Below, one piece after another: positions 47,055 to 55,780 of a stretch of DNA of 64,000 bases. This DNA comes from Candidatus Effluviviaceae Genus V sp. Lineage in GTDB: Bacteria; Joyebacterota; Joyebacteria; Joyebacterales; Joyebacteraceae. The stretch lies in contig WJMD01000014.1 in the NCBI GenBank assembly GCA_014728125.1, positions 2,202 to 66,201 of the forward strand. The letters are read 5' to 3'. The notes under the pieces are model-generated. The model saw only the letters and a program-made list of their open reading frames with translations. It ran no database searches and was not told the origin of the DNA. A program made the position numbers and the translations under genes. Each line of letters begins with the position of its first letter. Position 1 is the stretch's first letter.

Positions 47055-47687
47055 ATGCGCAGAACCGAGCCCACCACTCGACGTCCGTCCAGGTTCTGTC
47101 TCCTCGCGGTGGCGTTTGTGCTGACCGCGGTGCTCGCCGGCTGCGGTACCGGTGGGCTGGCGGTGAAGCAGGATGTGTGGGAGGCGCAGGACGAGTTCGA
47201 GAGGCGGCAGGCCGGCCTCTCCGAGAAGGTCCTCTCCCTCGAGGGCAGGGTCGGAGCGCTCGAGGAGGAGGTCGGGGCGCTCCGCTTCGAGATCGATCGC
47301 CTCTCGACCCAGATGGGCGAGATGGAATCGGATTTCTCGAGGGGCCTCGAGTCGATCCGCGCAGGTCTTGAGCAGATCGGCATCGAGCTGGAGGACCGCA
47401 TCCGGGACGTCGACCAGGCCCGTCAGGAGGACCGCCGCGAGCAGCTGGAACGGCTCGAGATCGTTCTCGAGGAGGTGACGCGCGAGAACGAGGCGCTCCG
47501 CGAGGAGATCGAGGCGATCCGCTCGTCGGTGGCCGAGGGCTACGAGCATACGGTGCAGCGCGGCGAGACGCTGGCGACGATCGCCTCCCAGTACGGCGTG
47601 ACGGTGCAGTCGATCGTTCAGGCGAACGGGATCAGCGACCCGAACCGGATCGCCGTGGGGCAGAAGCTCATCATCCCGGCGAACTGA
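47055..47687 (+). CDS. Lipoprotein with long coiled-coil and C-terminal LysM domain (occupies the cpoB/ybgF position)
   Basis: Lipobox VLAGC. The middle is rich in heptad-like E/L/R repeats. The C-terminus [44 protein letters not shown] is a LysM domain. Confidence 0.6.
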   Translation: MRRTEPTTRRPSRFCLLAVAFVLTAVLAGCGTGGLAVKQDVWEAQDEFERRQAGLSEKVLSLEGRVGALEEEVGALRFEIDRLSTQMGEMESDFSRGLESIRAGLEQIGIELEDRIRDVDQARQEDRREQLERLEIVLEEVTRENEALREEIEAIRSSVAEGYEHTVQRGETLATIASQYGVTVQSIVQANGISDPNRIAVGQKLIIPAN

Positions 47688-47722
47688 GGGGCACGCGGCA
47701 CGCCCCTGCCGGCCGGACGACA

Positions 47723-47761
47723 GAAGACCCTCCCCGACGAAGGGAGGGTCTTCTCTTTCCC
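47723..47761. terminator. Bidirectional intrinsic terminator (GAAGACCCTCCC/GGGAGGGTCTTC + TCTTTCCC)
   Basis: A perfect 12-bp stem between convergent genes. Confidence 0.6.
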
Positions 47762-47792
47762 GCTGCGCTCCCAATCTGCTCTTCGAGAGCGC

Positions 47793-48596
47793 CTACGAGG
47801 GGGGATTGAACTCGAAGGACGGATCGTACCGGCGGAGACGCTCCGCCTTCTCCATGAGCTTGTCGCGGAGCTCGGGGACGCCGGTCCGGCGCCACTCGTT
47901 GTACGTGTCGAGGAACTCATCGCGCATCTTCTCGATCTCGAGGTCCCGCTCGATCTGCTCGATCGACCGCTCGAGATGGAAGAGCTCGCCCGGGGAGTAC
48001 CGTCTGATGAAGTCGAGGTACTCTCCACGCATGTAGGACAGGATGCGGACGTAGCTCTCGATGCCCTCGGAGAGTTTGGCGAGCGTGGCGGCGATGGCGC
48101 AGCGTCCGCGGTTGAGCTTCGTGGCATAGGATGACGCGAGGCCGTAATAGACCGAGGCCCTGCGCACATAGAACGCCTTGGAGATCACGAGGGCCGGGTG
48201 GTGCGCGTGGTGCCGGTCCTCGAAGATGTCGAAGACGCTGGTGCCCATGAGAAGGTAATCGGCCGTCGCCCTGTAGATCGTGTACCGGTCGCGGTCGTCG
48301 TGCGCCTCCTCGAGAAGCTGATGAAGGTGCGCTTCGTCTGTGGCGACGTGCTCCGAAACGCGCTCGATATGCTTCGGGTCGATGTGTGAGTTCAGGAGAT
48401 GGGCGAGGTAGACGTTGACGTCCTCGTCGTAGAACTCGGAGTTCGACTCGATGCCGGTGTTGACCCTCGAGTGAAGCAGGCAGTTAAGCATGAAGAAGTA
48501 CGAGGTCTCAACGTCGGTCCCGAGGTCGAGCTTCCGCCGCCGCTGTCGGTTCCTGCTGGCGCGGCGCCGGGTGTTGTGGTTGAGTCGTCTCGACAT
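47793..48596 (-). CDS. Hypothetical alpha-helical protein with highly basic N-terminus
   Basis: ATG 48596 with GAGAGG RBS. N-terminus MSRRLNHNTRRRASRNRQRRRKL. No recognisable family. The ORF-track extension to 48833 was rejected. Confidence 0.45.
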   Translation of the reverse strand: MSRRLNHNTRRRASRNRQRRRKLDLGTDVETSYFFMLNCLLHSRVNTGIESNSEFYDEDVNVYLAHLLNSHIDPKHIERVSEHVATDEAHLHQLLEEAHDDRDRYTIYRATADYLLMGTSVFDIFEDRHHAHHPALVISKAFYVRRASVYYGLASSYATKLNRGRCAIAATLAKLSEGIESYVRILSYMRGEYLDFIRRYSPGELFHLERSIEQIERDLEIEKMRDEFLDTYNEWRRTGVPELRDKLMEKAERLRRYDPSFEFNPPS

Positions 48597-48856
48597 GGTT
48601 CCTCTCTTGGTGGCTTCACCCTGAAGATTCCGGGGCTCAGAAAGCAAAATCCGTTCCACCGAACGGGGCTCCAGGGTCGTCCGGGGACGTCGGCGACCGG
48701 ACCGGTTCCCGTTGTGGCTTGTCGCCCTGCGAATGCAAGAACTACGCCACGGTCCGTCAGCGGAGGAGCGGCCCGTTCCACGGGCATTGCCCGCGCGGTT
48801 ACTTCCTGCTACTTTGTGTACATTGTGTGTCACCGGCGGTTTGGCTGGAGGAGAGC

Positions 48857-49666
48857 ATGAAGGTCGCTGCGATTCAGTTCTGTCCCGAGTTCGGCGCCAT
48901 GGAGCACAATCTCGGTCGAATGGAGGAACTCGTCGCCCGGGAGCGCGCCGATCTCTACGTCCTTCCCGAGCTTGCCGTCTCGGGGTACCTCTTCGAGTCG
49001 GAGTCGGAGGCGAGGGCGCTGGCCCAGCCGCCGGACTCGCGCGCCTTCAACGGACTGTCGGACCTCGCGGACAGGCAGTCCGCCGCAGTGGTCGTTGGGT
49101 TCGCGGAGGTGTCGAACGGGGAGCTCTACAACTCCTCACTGATCATCTCCCCGGACGGAGGCAGGGCCGTGTACAGGAAGATCCACCTGTTCGCCGACGA
49201 GAAGGACATCTTCGCGCCGGGCGACCGGCCCCCGGAGGTCCACGACATCGGCGGGGTGAGACTGGGGCCGATGATCTGCTTCGACTGGATCTTCCCCGAA
49301 ACGGCGCGCTCGCTGGCCGTTCTCGGCGCCGACATCCTCTGTCACTCGGCAAACCTCGTGCTGCCTTACTGCCAGGAGGCCACCGTCACGCGGTGCATCG
49401 AGAACCGCGTCTTCGCGGTCCTCTCCAACCGGACGGGCACGGAGGAGCGCGGCGACCGTCGCCTCCGCTTCACCGGCATGTCGGAGATCGTGACGCCGTC
49501 AGGACAGATCCTGGTCCGGGCCGACGAGGAGGGCGACGAGGTGGTCGTCGCCGACATCGACCCCACGGAGGCGCGGAACAAGTTCGTGACCCCGAAGAAC
49601 GACGTCATGGCGGACCGGAGGCCCGAGCTCTACTGCCTCGGAGATGAGCACAGGCCCGGCGACTGA
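48857..49666 (+). CDS. Carbon-nitrogen hydrolase family (nitrilase/amidase-like) protein
   Basis: The Glu-Lys-Cys triad context is present: the catalytic Glu region (VLPELAVSGY), Lys in YRKIHLF and Cys in GPMICFDWIFPE. GGAGGAGAG RBS. Confidence 0.75.
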   Translation: MKVAAIQFCPEFGAMEHNLGRMEELVARERADLYVLPELAVSGYLFESESEARALAQPPDSRAFNGLSDLADRQSAAVVVGFAEVSNGELYNSSLIISPDGGRAVYRKIHLFADEKDIFAPGDRPPEVHDIGGVRLGPMICFDWIFPETARSLAVLGADILCHSANLVLPYCQEATVTRCIENRVFAVLSNRTGTEERGDRRLRFTGMSEIVTPSGQILVRADEEGDEVVVADIDPTEARNKFVTPKNDVMADRRPELYCLGDEHRPGD

Positions 49667-49779
49667 GCCGGGACGGCGGGCCTGTGGCATATTCCTTGCA
49701 GTCCGGGAAAGCGGACGAACGCGCCCGCGTCCTCCGGAGGCGCGGGAGGCGACCGCGAAGTCATGCAGGGGGGAGCGGA

Positions 49780-50733
49780 GTGAACCGGACGGGCCTGAGC
49801 ATCGAGATGAAGATCGTGCTCCTCCTCGTGAGCACGCTGCTCATCCAGGACGCTATCCTGGTCGCGATGTTCCTCGCCGGTGCGCGACCGACCGCCATCC
49901 TGATCACGCTGGGAGTCACGCTCCTCTTCGCTGTCGCGATAGCGGCCGGCTGGGCCGGCGGCGTCGCGCGCGCCATCGACGCGCTGACGCGCGCCTGCTT
50001 TGCGGCGAAGAAGGGCGACACGCGCGTCCTGACGGTCCTGCCGAGGAGCGATGAACTCCGCGCCCTCAATGACGAGATCAACGAGCTTGTCGGCCTTGTG
50101 CAGCAGGCTGACGAGCTTCGGAAGCGTGTGGAGCTGGAGGGCGCCTTCGCGGACCGCGCCGAGGAAGCCGCACCGGGTCTGCTGCACGCCTCGCACGAGC
50201 TCCTCGTCTCGATGAAGGAGCTGAGCGAGGGAGCGGCGGCGCAGAAGGACATCCTCCGCCGCACTGCCGGGGCGCTCGCTGAGGCGCGCGCCGTCCTTCA
50301 GAGTGCGTCGTCCTCGGACGGACGTGATGAGGGAACGGGCGACGTGGCGGAGAAGCTCAGGGCCCTGAGCACGCTCTCGCGTGAGGTGGAGCTTCTGGCC
50401 GATGGCCTGATGGACGAGGTCACGCGGCCGTCGTTCGACGAGGCTGCGATCGCGAGGGCGGTGAACGGTATGCGGGACGCCGCACGGACGATGGCCGAGG
50501 TGGGCCTGCAGGCGGCTCCTCCTCTGGAGCGACGACGGTCCGAGCTCGACGCGGCATCCCGTGCTCTGGAGGCCGTCGAGCGTGGCGAGGTCGCGAGGGC
50601 CGACGCAGCGCGGGTGGCCCAGTTGATGGACAGGAGCGCCGGAGGCGGGATGCGCACCGCGACGCGTATGGCGACGCTGCTCCGGAAGCTGGGCATCGAG
50701 ATCGAGGCCCGAAAGCGGATCCGCGGCAGCTGA
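49780..50733 (+). CDS. Membrane protein with 2 TM helices, HAMP domain and coiled-coil tail (no output domain)
   Basis: TM1 IVLLLVSTLLIQDAILVAMFLAGA and TM2 LITLGVTLLFAVAIAAGWAGG. HAMP-like segment ARAIDALTRACFAAKKGDTRVLTVLPRSDELRALNDEINELV. Start at GTG 49780 (GGGGGAG RBS) is uncertain. Confidence 0.45.
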   Translation: MNRTGLSIEMKIVLLLVSTLLIQDAILVAMFLAGARPTAILITLGVTLLFAVAIAAGWAGGVARAIDALTRACFAAKKGDTRVLTVLPRSDELRALNDEINELVGLVQQADELRKRVELEGAFADRAEEAAPGLLHASHELLVSMKELSEGAAAQKDILRRTAGALAEARAVLQSASSSDGRDEGTGDVAEKLRALSTLSREVELLADGLMDEVTRPSFDEAAIARAVNGMRDAARTMAEVGLQAAPPLERRRSELDAASRALEAVERGEVARADAARVAQLMDRSAGGGMRTATRMATLLRKLGIEIEARKRIRGS

Positions 50734-50769
50734 CCGACTGCTCACAGGACTGCCAACACAGTGGACAAC

Positions 50770-50795
50770 GGGGTGTCACCGACGGGTGACACCCC
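50770..50795 (+). terminator. GC-rich perfect hairpin (GGGGTGTCACC-loop-GGTGACACCCC) downstream of the HAMP protein gene; no U-tract
   Basis: An 11-bp perfect inverted repeat with a 4-nt loop. It may act as a terminator or RNA-stability element. Confidence 0.35.
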
Positions 50796-51029
50796 GCTTC
50801 AGTTGAGGGGCGAAACACCCTGTAACTGTCCGTCTCGCGGCGACTTTCGCGGAGCGGCGCCGGGTCCGGAGCCCCGGTGGCACACCGGATGCTCGTGTGG
50901 AGGATGCGGTGCACGAGGGTCCGGGGGGCACGGGGCGCGGGCGACGGGAGGCCCGCGCGCGGTTCGGAGGACGGGATGTGAGGAGGCCCGAGCGCTCCCC
51001 GGCGGACTCCCCCTGCGAGGCGACACCAG

Positions 51030-51365
51030 ATGGAAACGCGCCGGAACGCGCTCGGCGTCCTGAGACGCGGCGGACGGCCGCCCTCGCTGACCCGTGATCT
51101 GGCCAGGATCAACCGGTCGCTTCGGGACGACCTCAGCGTGAGCGTCGTGACGGGGCCGTCGGTGCCGGGCCGAGCTCCGCGCCGGGAGGGCACGAGCGTC
51201 GTGCTCTCGTACCGACTGCCGGACGGTCGCCTCAGGAGCGTCAGCAGCCCGCTGGCGAGAGGTCGCCACGACCGGCGGCGGAGGCTCGCGCTCGCAGCAT
51301 CGGTCGCCGAGTGCGCCATGACGCTCGGCCTCGGAGCGGGGATCTACCGGCCCGGAATGACTTGA
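51030..51365 (+). CDS. Possible small protein (111 aa) within an otherwise non-coding 730-bp gap
   Basis: High-GC3 open frame with a weak RBS. No recognisable motif. May be spurious. Confidence 0.25.
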   Translation: METRRNALGVLRRGGRPPSLTRDLARINRSLRDDLSVSVVTGPSVPGRAPRREGTSVVLSYRLPDGRLRSVSSPLARGRHDRRRRLALAASVAECAMTLGLGAGIYRPGMT

Positions 51366-51465
51366 GGGGGCCGCACGCCTGTGGAACAATGATGGGGCGA
51401 CGTACCCGGAGGACCGCACACCACGTCCCGGGATTCCGATCACCCCCATTCCACAGGAGGCCGAC

Positions 51466-53115
51466 ATGGCCGGCACGCTGGACGGACTGGTCGACCGTTA
51501 CATACAGACCGTCTCGGAGGACTATCCGACGTGGGCGACGTTCCTCGGGCTCCACGAGAGGGACGGGGAGTTCGGCGACTACTCCACGGACGGCATCGCA
51601 GAGAAGCGCGGACATCTCGAGGATCTCGCCTCGGAGCTCAGAACGCTTCCCTCGGACGGCATGAGCAGGGATGAGCTCGTCGACGCGGCGCTCCTCGGCG
51701 CCACACTGGCCTCCGCGCTCTTCGAGTACGACAAGGTCCGTCCCCACGTGCGCAGGCCGGCCATGTACCTCCAGACCGCGCTCTCCGGATGCAATCTGCT
51801 CGTCTCTCGCGAGTTCGCTCCGGTCGTCGATCGGGCCGGGAGTCTCCTGTCCCGTCTGAAGGCCGTGCCGGCTCTTCTCCTCCACATGGAGGAGAACATC
51901 GAGAACCCGCCCAGGGTCTTCGCCGCGGTCGGCGCCGAGATCGCGCACGGGGGCGCGGCCTTCGTCAGAACCACGATACCGGGCATAGCCGAGAAGGTCC
52001 CGGGGCTCGCGTCCGATCTGGACACGGCGGCGAGCCACGCCATCGAGTCATTCGAACGGGCTGCGGCGCACCTCTCGAAACTGGCTGAGGACGCGGACGC
52101 CGACTTCGCGCTCGGCCGTGAGGGCTTCGAGTGGATGCTGAGGAACGACCACATGCTCGACCTCGATGCCGACGGGCTCGAGGAGATCGGCCGGGAGGTG
52201 CTCGAGGAGACGAAGTCGGAGCTCGCGCGCGCAGCGCAGGAGATCGACCCGGACGGGACGTGGGAGGAGATCATCGACCGCCTGAAGAACGAGCATCCGG
52301 AGAAGGGCGAGGTGCGCGAGACCTACGCCTCCTGGATGGAGCGCTCGCGCGAGTTCATCAGGAAGGAGGGGCTGGTTCGCGTCCCGGAGACCGAGGAACT
52401 CGAGGTCGTCGACACGCCGGTGTTCATCCGTTCGATCATTCCGTACGCGGCCTACCTGCCTCCGGGACCGTTCGAGACGAATCAGTGCGGGCAGTTCTAC
52501 GTCACGCCCGTGAACGAGGAGCTTCCACCCGAGGAGCAGGAGCGCCAGCTCAGAGGCCACGGCCTTCAGGCGATACCCGCCACGGCCGTGCATGAGGGGT
52601 ATCCCGGACACCACCTGCAGCTCGTCAGGGCGAATCAGTGCCGGCGGAAGCTCCGCCGGATGACCCAGAGCACCGTGTTCTGTGAGGGGTGGGCGCTCTA
52701 CTGCGAGGATATGATGTGGGAGGCCGGGTTCTACACGGACCCACGCATCAGGATCTTCCAGCTCAAGGACGCGCTCTGGCGGGCGGCGCGGGTGGTCGTC
52801 GACGTCGGCCTCCACGTGCGGGGCATGTCGATTGATGACGGCGTCGACTTCATGGTGAACGAGGCCGGTCTCGAGCGGGTCCACGCCGTGGCCGAGGTCA
52901 AGCGATACGCCGGCAGCCCGACACAGCCGATGAGCTACACGATGGGGAAGCGGGCCATCCTCGACATCAGGCGGCGTCGGGAGGCGTCGGACGAGCGCTT
53001 CAGGCTCGCCGACTTCCACAACGAGCTTCTGGACCTGGGCAACATGCCCCCGCTCCTCGCGGAGGTCTGCCTGGGACTCAGGGATTCGAAGGACGTCCAC
53101 GCGTGGACAAGCTGA
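51466..53115 (+). CDS. DUF885 family protein (putative metallopeptidase-like, HExxxH)
   Basis: AGGAGG RBS. The HEGYPGHH motif sits in a DUF885-typical context. Confidence 0.7.
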   Translation: MAGTLDGLVDRYIQTVSEDYPTWATFLGLHERDGEFGDYSTDGIAEKRGHLEDLASELRTLPSDGMSRDELVDAALLGATLASALFEYDKVRPHVRRPAMYLQTALSGCNLLVSREFAPVVDRAGSLLSRLKAVPALLLHMEENIENPPRVFAAVGAEIAHGGAAFVRTTIPGIAEKVPGLASDLDTAASHAIESFERAAAHLSKLAEDADADFALGREGFEWMLRNDHMLDLDADGLEEIGREVLEETKSELARAAQEIDPDGTWEEIIDRLKNEHPEKGEVRETYASWMERSREFIRKEGLVRVPETEELEVVDTPVFIRSIIPYAAYLPPGPFETNQCGQFYVTPVNEELPPEEQERQLRGHGLQAIPATAVHEGYPGHHLQLVRANQCRRKLRRMTQSTVFCEGWALYCEDMMWEAGFYTDPRIRIFQLKDALWRAARVVVDVGLHVRGMSIDDGVDFMVNEAGLERVHAVAEVKRYAGSPTQPMSYTMGKRAILDIRRRREASDERFRLADFHNELLDLGNMPPLLAEVCLGLRDSKDVHAWTS

Positions 53116-55703
53116 CACGCCGCACGGTCCTTCCCAACGGCGTCAGACTGCTCGTTCGGGAGCTTCGTACGGCGCCCGTCGTCACCCTCAATCTCTGGGT
53201 CGGAACGGGATCGGTCGACGATCCGGAGGGACGGGCCGGCGCCGCGCACTTCATCGAGCATCTTCTCTTCGGAGGCCGCGGCTCGGGAGGCGCGGGCGGG
53301 AGGCTCGTTCGCGAGGTGCTCGACGCCGGCGGTCAGCTCAACGGCGAGACGGGGTGCGACGGGACGAACTTCTACCAGGTCGTCCCGAGCAGCGCCTGGA
53401 GCGACGTGCTCAGGCGGCAGGTCTCCGCCGTGACGGAGGCGGAGTTCGCTCCCGGAGACGTCGAGGCCGAGCGGTCGGTGATCATCGAGGAGGCGCGGGG
53501 GGCGGAGCGCCACCCGCAGTCCTTCCTGTGGCACCGGCTGATGGAGCACGCCTTCCCCGACCATCCGTGCCGTCGCCCGGTACTCGGGACCGAGGACTCG
53601 CTGGCGGCCATGACGCCCCGTGATCTCGTGTCGCACTTCTCCCGCCACTACAGGGGCTCGAACCTCGTCCAGGTCGTCGTCGGGGATGTGGACGCGGACA
53701 GGGTCGTCGAGGAAGCGTCGTCGCTCCTCGAGGGGCTTCCCTCCGGCGACCGGCCGCGGCGCCCCTCTCTTCCTGGGACCACCGACACGGTCGTCCGCGG
53801 GCACGGCTACCCGGGGCGCCTCGACCGCGCCTACATCCTCATCGGTCACCGGGTTCCCGATGCGCTCCACGACGACCTCCCCGCACTCGACGTGCTGTCC
53901 GGCCTGCTCGGGATGGGACGGAGCTCCAGACTGAGGCAGAGGCTGCAGCTCGACGCCGGACTCGTGTCGAGCATCGATTCGGGCGTGGTCTCGCTTCGGG
54001 ATGGCGGACTGCACGTCGTGCGGGCCGTGACGAGCGCCGAGTCCGTCAAGGCTGTCGTCGAGGCGACGCTGGCGGAGTTCCGGCGCGTCGCCCGCTCGGG
54101 TGTGAGCGAGGAAGAGATGGAGAAGGGCGTCAGAAGACTCGAGTCGGCATATGCGCTGGAGCACGAGACGTCTGATTCGATCGCCCGGACGCTCGGGTAC
54201 TACGAGACACTGGGCGACTTCGAACTGGCGGAGCAGTACGTCGACCGCCTGGCGTCAGTGACGGCGGTCGACGTGCGGCGCGCGGCGGAGTCCTACCTGT
54301 GCGAGGGGGAGGGCACGGTCGTCTCGTACGCCCCCGAGGGGACGGGTGCCCCGGAAGGTGCCTGGTCGCCTCCGTCGGCGGGACGGACGGTTCGCCCGAG
54401 GGCGGACCGCATCGCCGAGCCGCCTGCGGCGCGAACCCGATCGGCCCGGTTCGAGCGACCGATGCTCGCGGCGGAGTCATCGGCCCCGGTCTGCCGCAGG
54501 AGGGAGCTTCCGAACGGGGCCGTCATCGTCGAGTGTGCATCGCGGGCTGTGCCGGTCGCATCGGTCGCCGTCGCGTTCCGCGGCGGTCACAGCGAGGAAC
54601 CGCGGGGCTCGGGCGGGCTGACGTATCTGACCCAGAAGGCGCTGCTTCGCGGAACGAAGCGGCTCCCCGCGGCACGCCTGGCGCAGGAGATCGAGAGCCT
54701 CGGAAGCGGCATGGGAATCGCCGTCGACCGCGATGGGTTCGGCGTAGGGCTGACGGTCCTGTCGTCACGCCTCGAGAGAGCGGTGGCGCTCCTGTCGGAG
54801 GTCATATCGGAGCCCGCGTTCGACCCCGCGCAGGTGCGGCTCGTGCGGGAAGAGGTTCTTGCGGAGATCGGCCAGTCCGAGGACGATCCGATGCACCGCG
54901 CCCTCGTGGCGGTCCTTCCGCTCGTGTTCGGGGAGCATCCGTACGGACGCTCCGTGCGGGGGGACAGAACGACGGTCACCGGCCTTGCGTCCGAGAACCT
55001 CGCGGAGTGGCACGCGGACCGCTACGGGGGGGCGCGGATGGTCGTGTGCGGGGCCGGCGACCTCCCGCCTGGGGAAGTCGCGGCGGTGGCAGAGAACGTG
55101 TCCGATGCGTCCCCGGCACCCGAGGTGCCCCCGCCGGAGACCCGTCCCGATGGGCGGACGGTCATCGAGACGCCCGACTCCCGCCAGTCCACGGTGCTTG
55201 TCGCGTTCAAGGGGCCGGCGGCGGGGACCGACGAGGCCGTTGCGGCGAGGGTCGCGGCACGCGGCCTCGGCATGATGGGCGGGCCGCTCTGGAGGAGACT
55301 CAGGGAACGCCCGCCGCATGCCTATTCCGTTGGGGCGAACGTCTTTCAGTTCGGAAGGGCGTCGATCGTTGTCGCCCACGCGACGTCGCAGCCGGGCAGC
55401 GAGGAGAAGGTGCGCGAGGCCCTCATCGAGACATTCGACGGTCTGGCCGCCGGCGGAATGGACACCGCGGATCTCGGGAGGGCGCGACGGTCGGCTGCGG
55501 GCGCGTACGAGATCGCGCTCCAGCGGGGGGCGGCGAGAGCGGTTGCGTGCTCGATGGCCGAGATCCTCGGTACGGGCTACGAGCGCGTCTTCAGGACCGC
55601 CGACCTGCTGCGCGGGGTGACGTCCGACTGCGTCGCCGACGTCGCCCGGAGGTACCTGACGGCCGAACGCGGCGCCGCCTCGGTCATCGTCAAGGGCGCC
55701 TGA
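53103..55703 (+). CDS. Peptidase M16 family zinc protease, tandem (two M16 N/C pairs in one 866-aa polypeptide)
   Basis: Inverted zinc motif HFIEHLLF in the first unit. A second M16-like unit starts around residue 470 (LPNGAVIVECASRAV...). The GTG start overlaps the DUF885 stop by 13 bp. Confidence 0.75.
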   Translation: MDKLTRRTVLPNGVRLLVRELRTAPVVTLNLWVGTGSVDDPEGRAGAAHFIEHLLFGGRGSGGAGGRLVREVLDAGGQLNGETGCDGTNFYQVVPSSAWSDVLRRQVSAVTEAEFAPGDVEAERSVIIEEARGAERHPQSFLWHRLMEHAFPDHPCRRPVLGTEDSLAAMTPRDLVSHFSRHYRGSNLVQVVVGDVDADRVVEEASSLLEGLPSGDRPRRPSLPGTTDTVVRGHGYPGRLDRAYILIGHRVPDALHDDLPALDVLSGLLGMGRSSRLRQRLQLDAGLVSSIDSGVVSLRDGGLHVVRAVTSAESVKAVVEATLAEFRRVARSGVSEEEMEKGVRRLESAYALEHETSDSIARTLGYYETLGDFELAEQYVDRLASVTAVDVRRAAESYLCEGEGTVVSYAPEGTGAPEGAWSPPSAGRTVRPRADRIAEPPAARTRSARFERPMLAAESSAPVCRRRELPNGAVIVECASRAVPVASVAVAFRGGHSEEPRGSGGLTYLTQKALLRGTKRLPAARLAQEIESLGSGMGIAVDRDGFGVGLTVLSSRLERAVALLSEVISEPAFDPAQVRLVREEVLAEIGQSEDDPMHRALVAVLPLVFGEHPYGRSVRGDRTTVTGLASENLAEWHADRYGGARMVVCGAGDLPPGEVAAVAENVSDASPAPEVPPPETRPDGRTVIETPDSRQSTVLVAFKGPAAGTDEAVAARVAARGLGMMGGPLWRRLRERPPHAYSVGANVFQFGRASIVVAHATSQPGSEEKVREALIETFDGLAAGGMDTADLGRARRSAAGAYEIALQRGAARAVACSMAEILGTGYERVFRTADLLRGVTSDCVADVARRYLTAERGAASVIVKGA

Positions 55704-55729
55704 ACCGCGCGCACGAGGCCGGAACGAGG

Positions 55730-55768
55730 AAGGGGTCCGCCGTCCGGCGGGCCCCTTCTGATTCCCCC
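55730..55768. terminator. Bidirectional terminator hairpin between convergent M16 peptidase and DUF2723 genes
   Basis: AAGGGGTCCGCC / GGCGGGCCCCTT stem (one G-U pair) with loop GTCC, then CTGATTCCCCC. Confidence 0.5.
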
Positions 55769-55780
55769 GACGCTCCCGTC

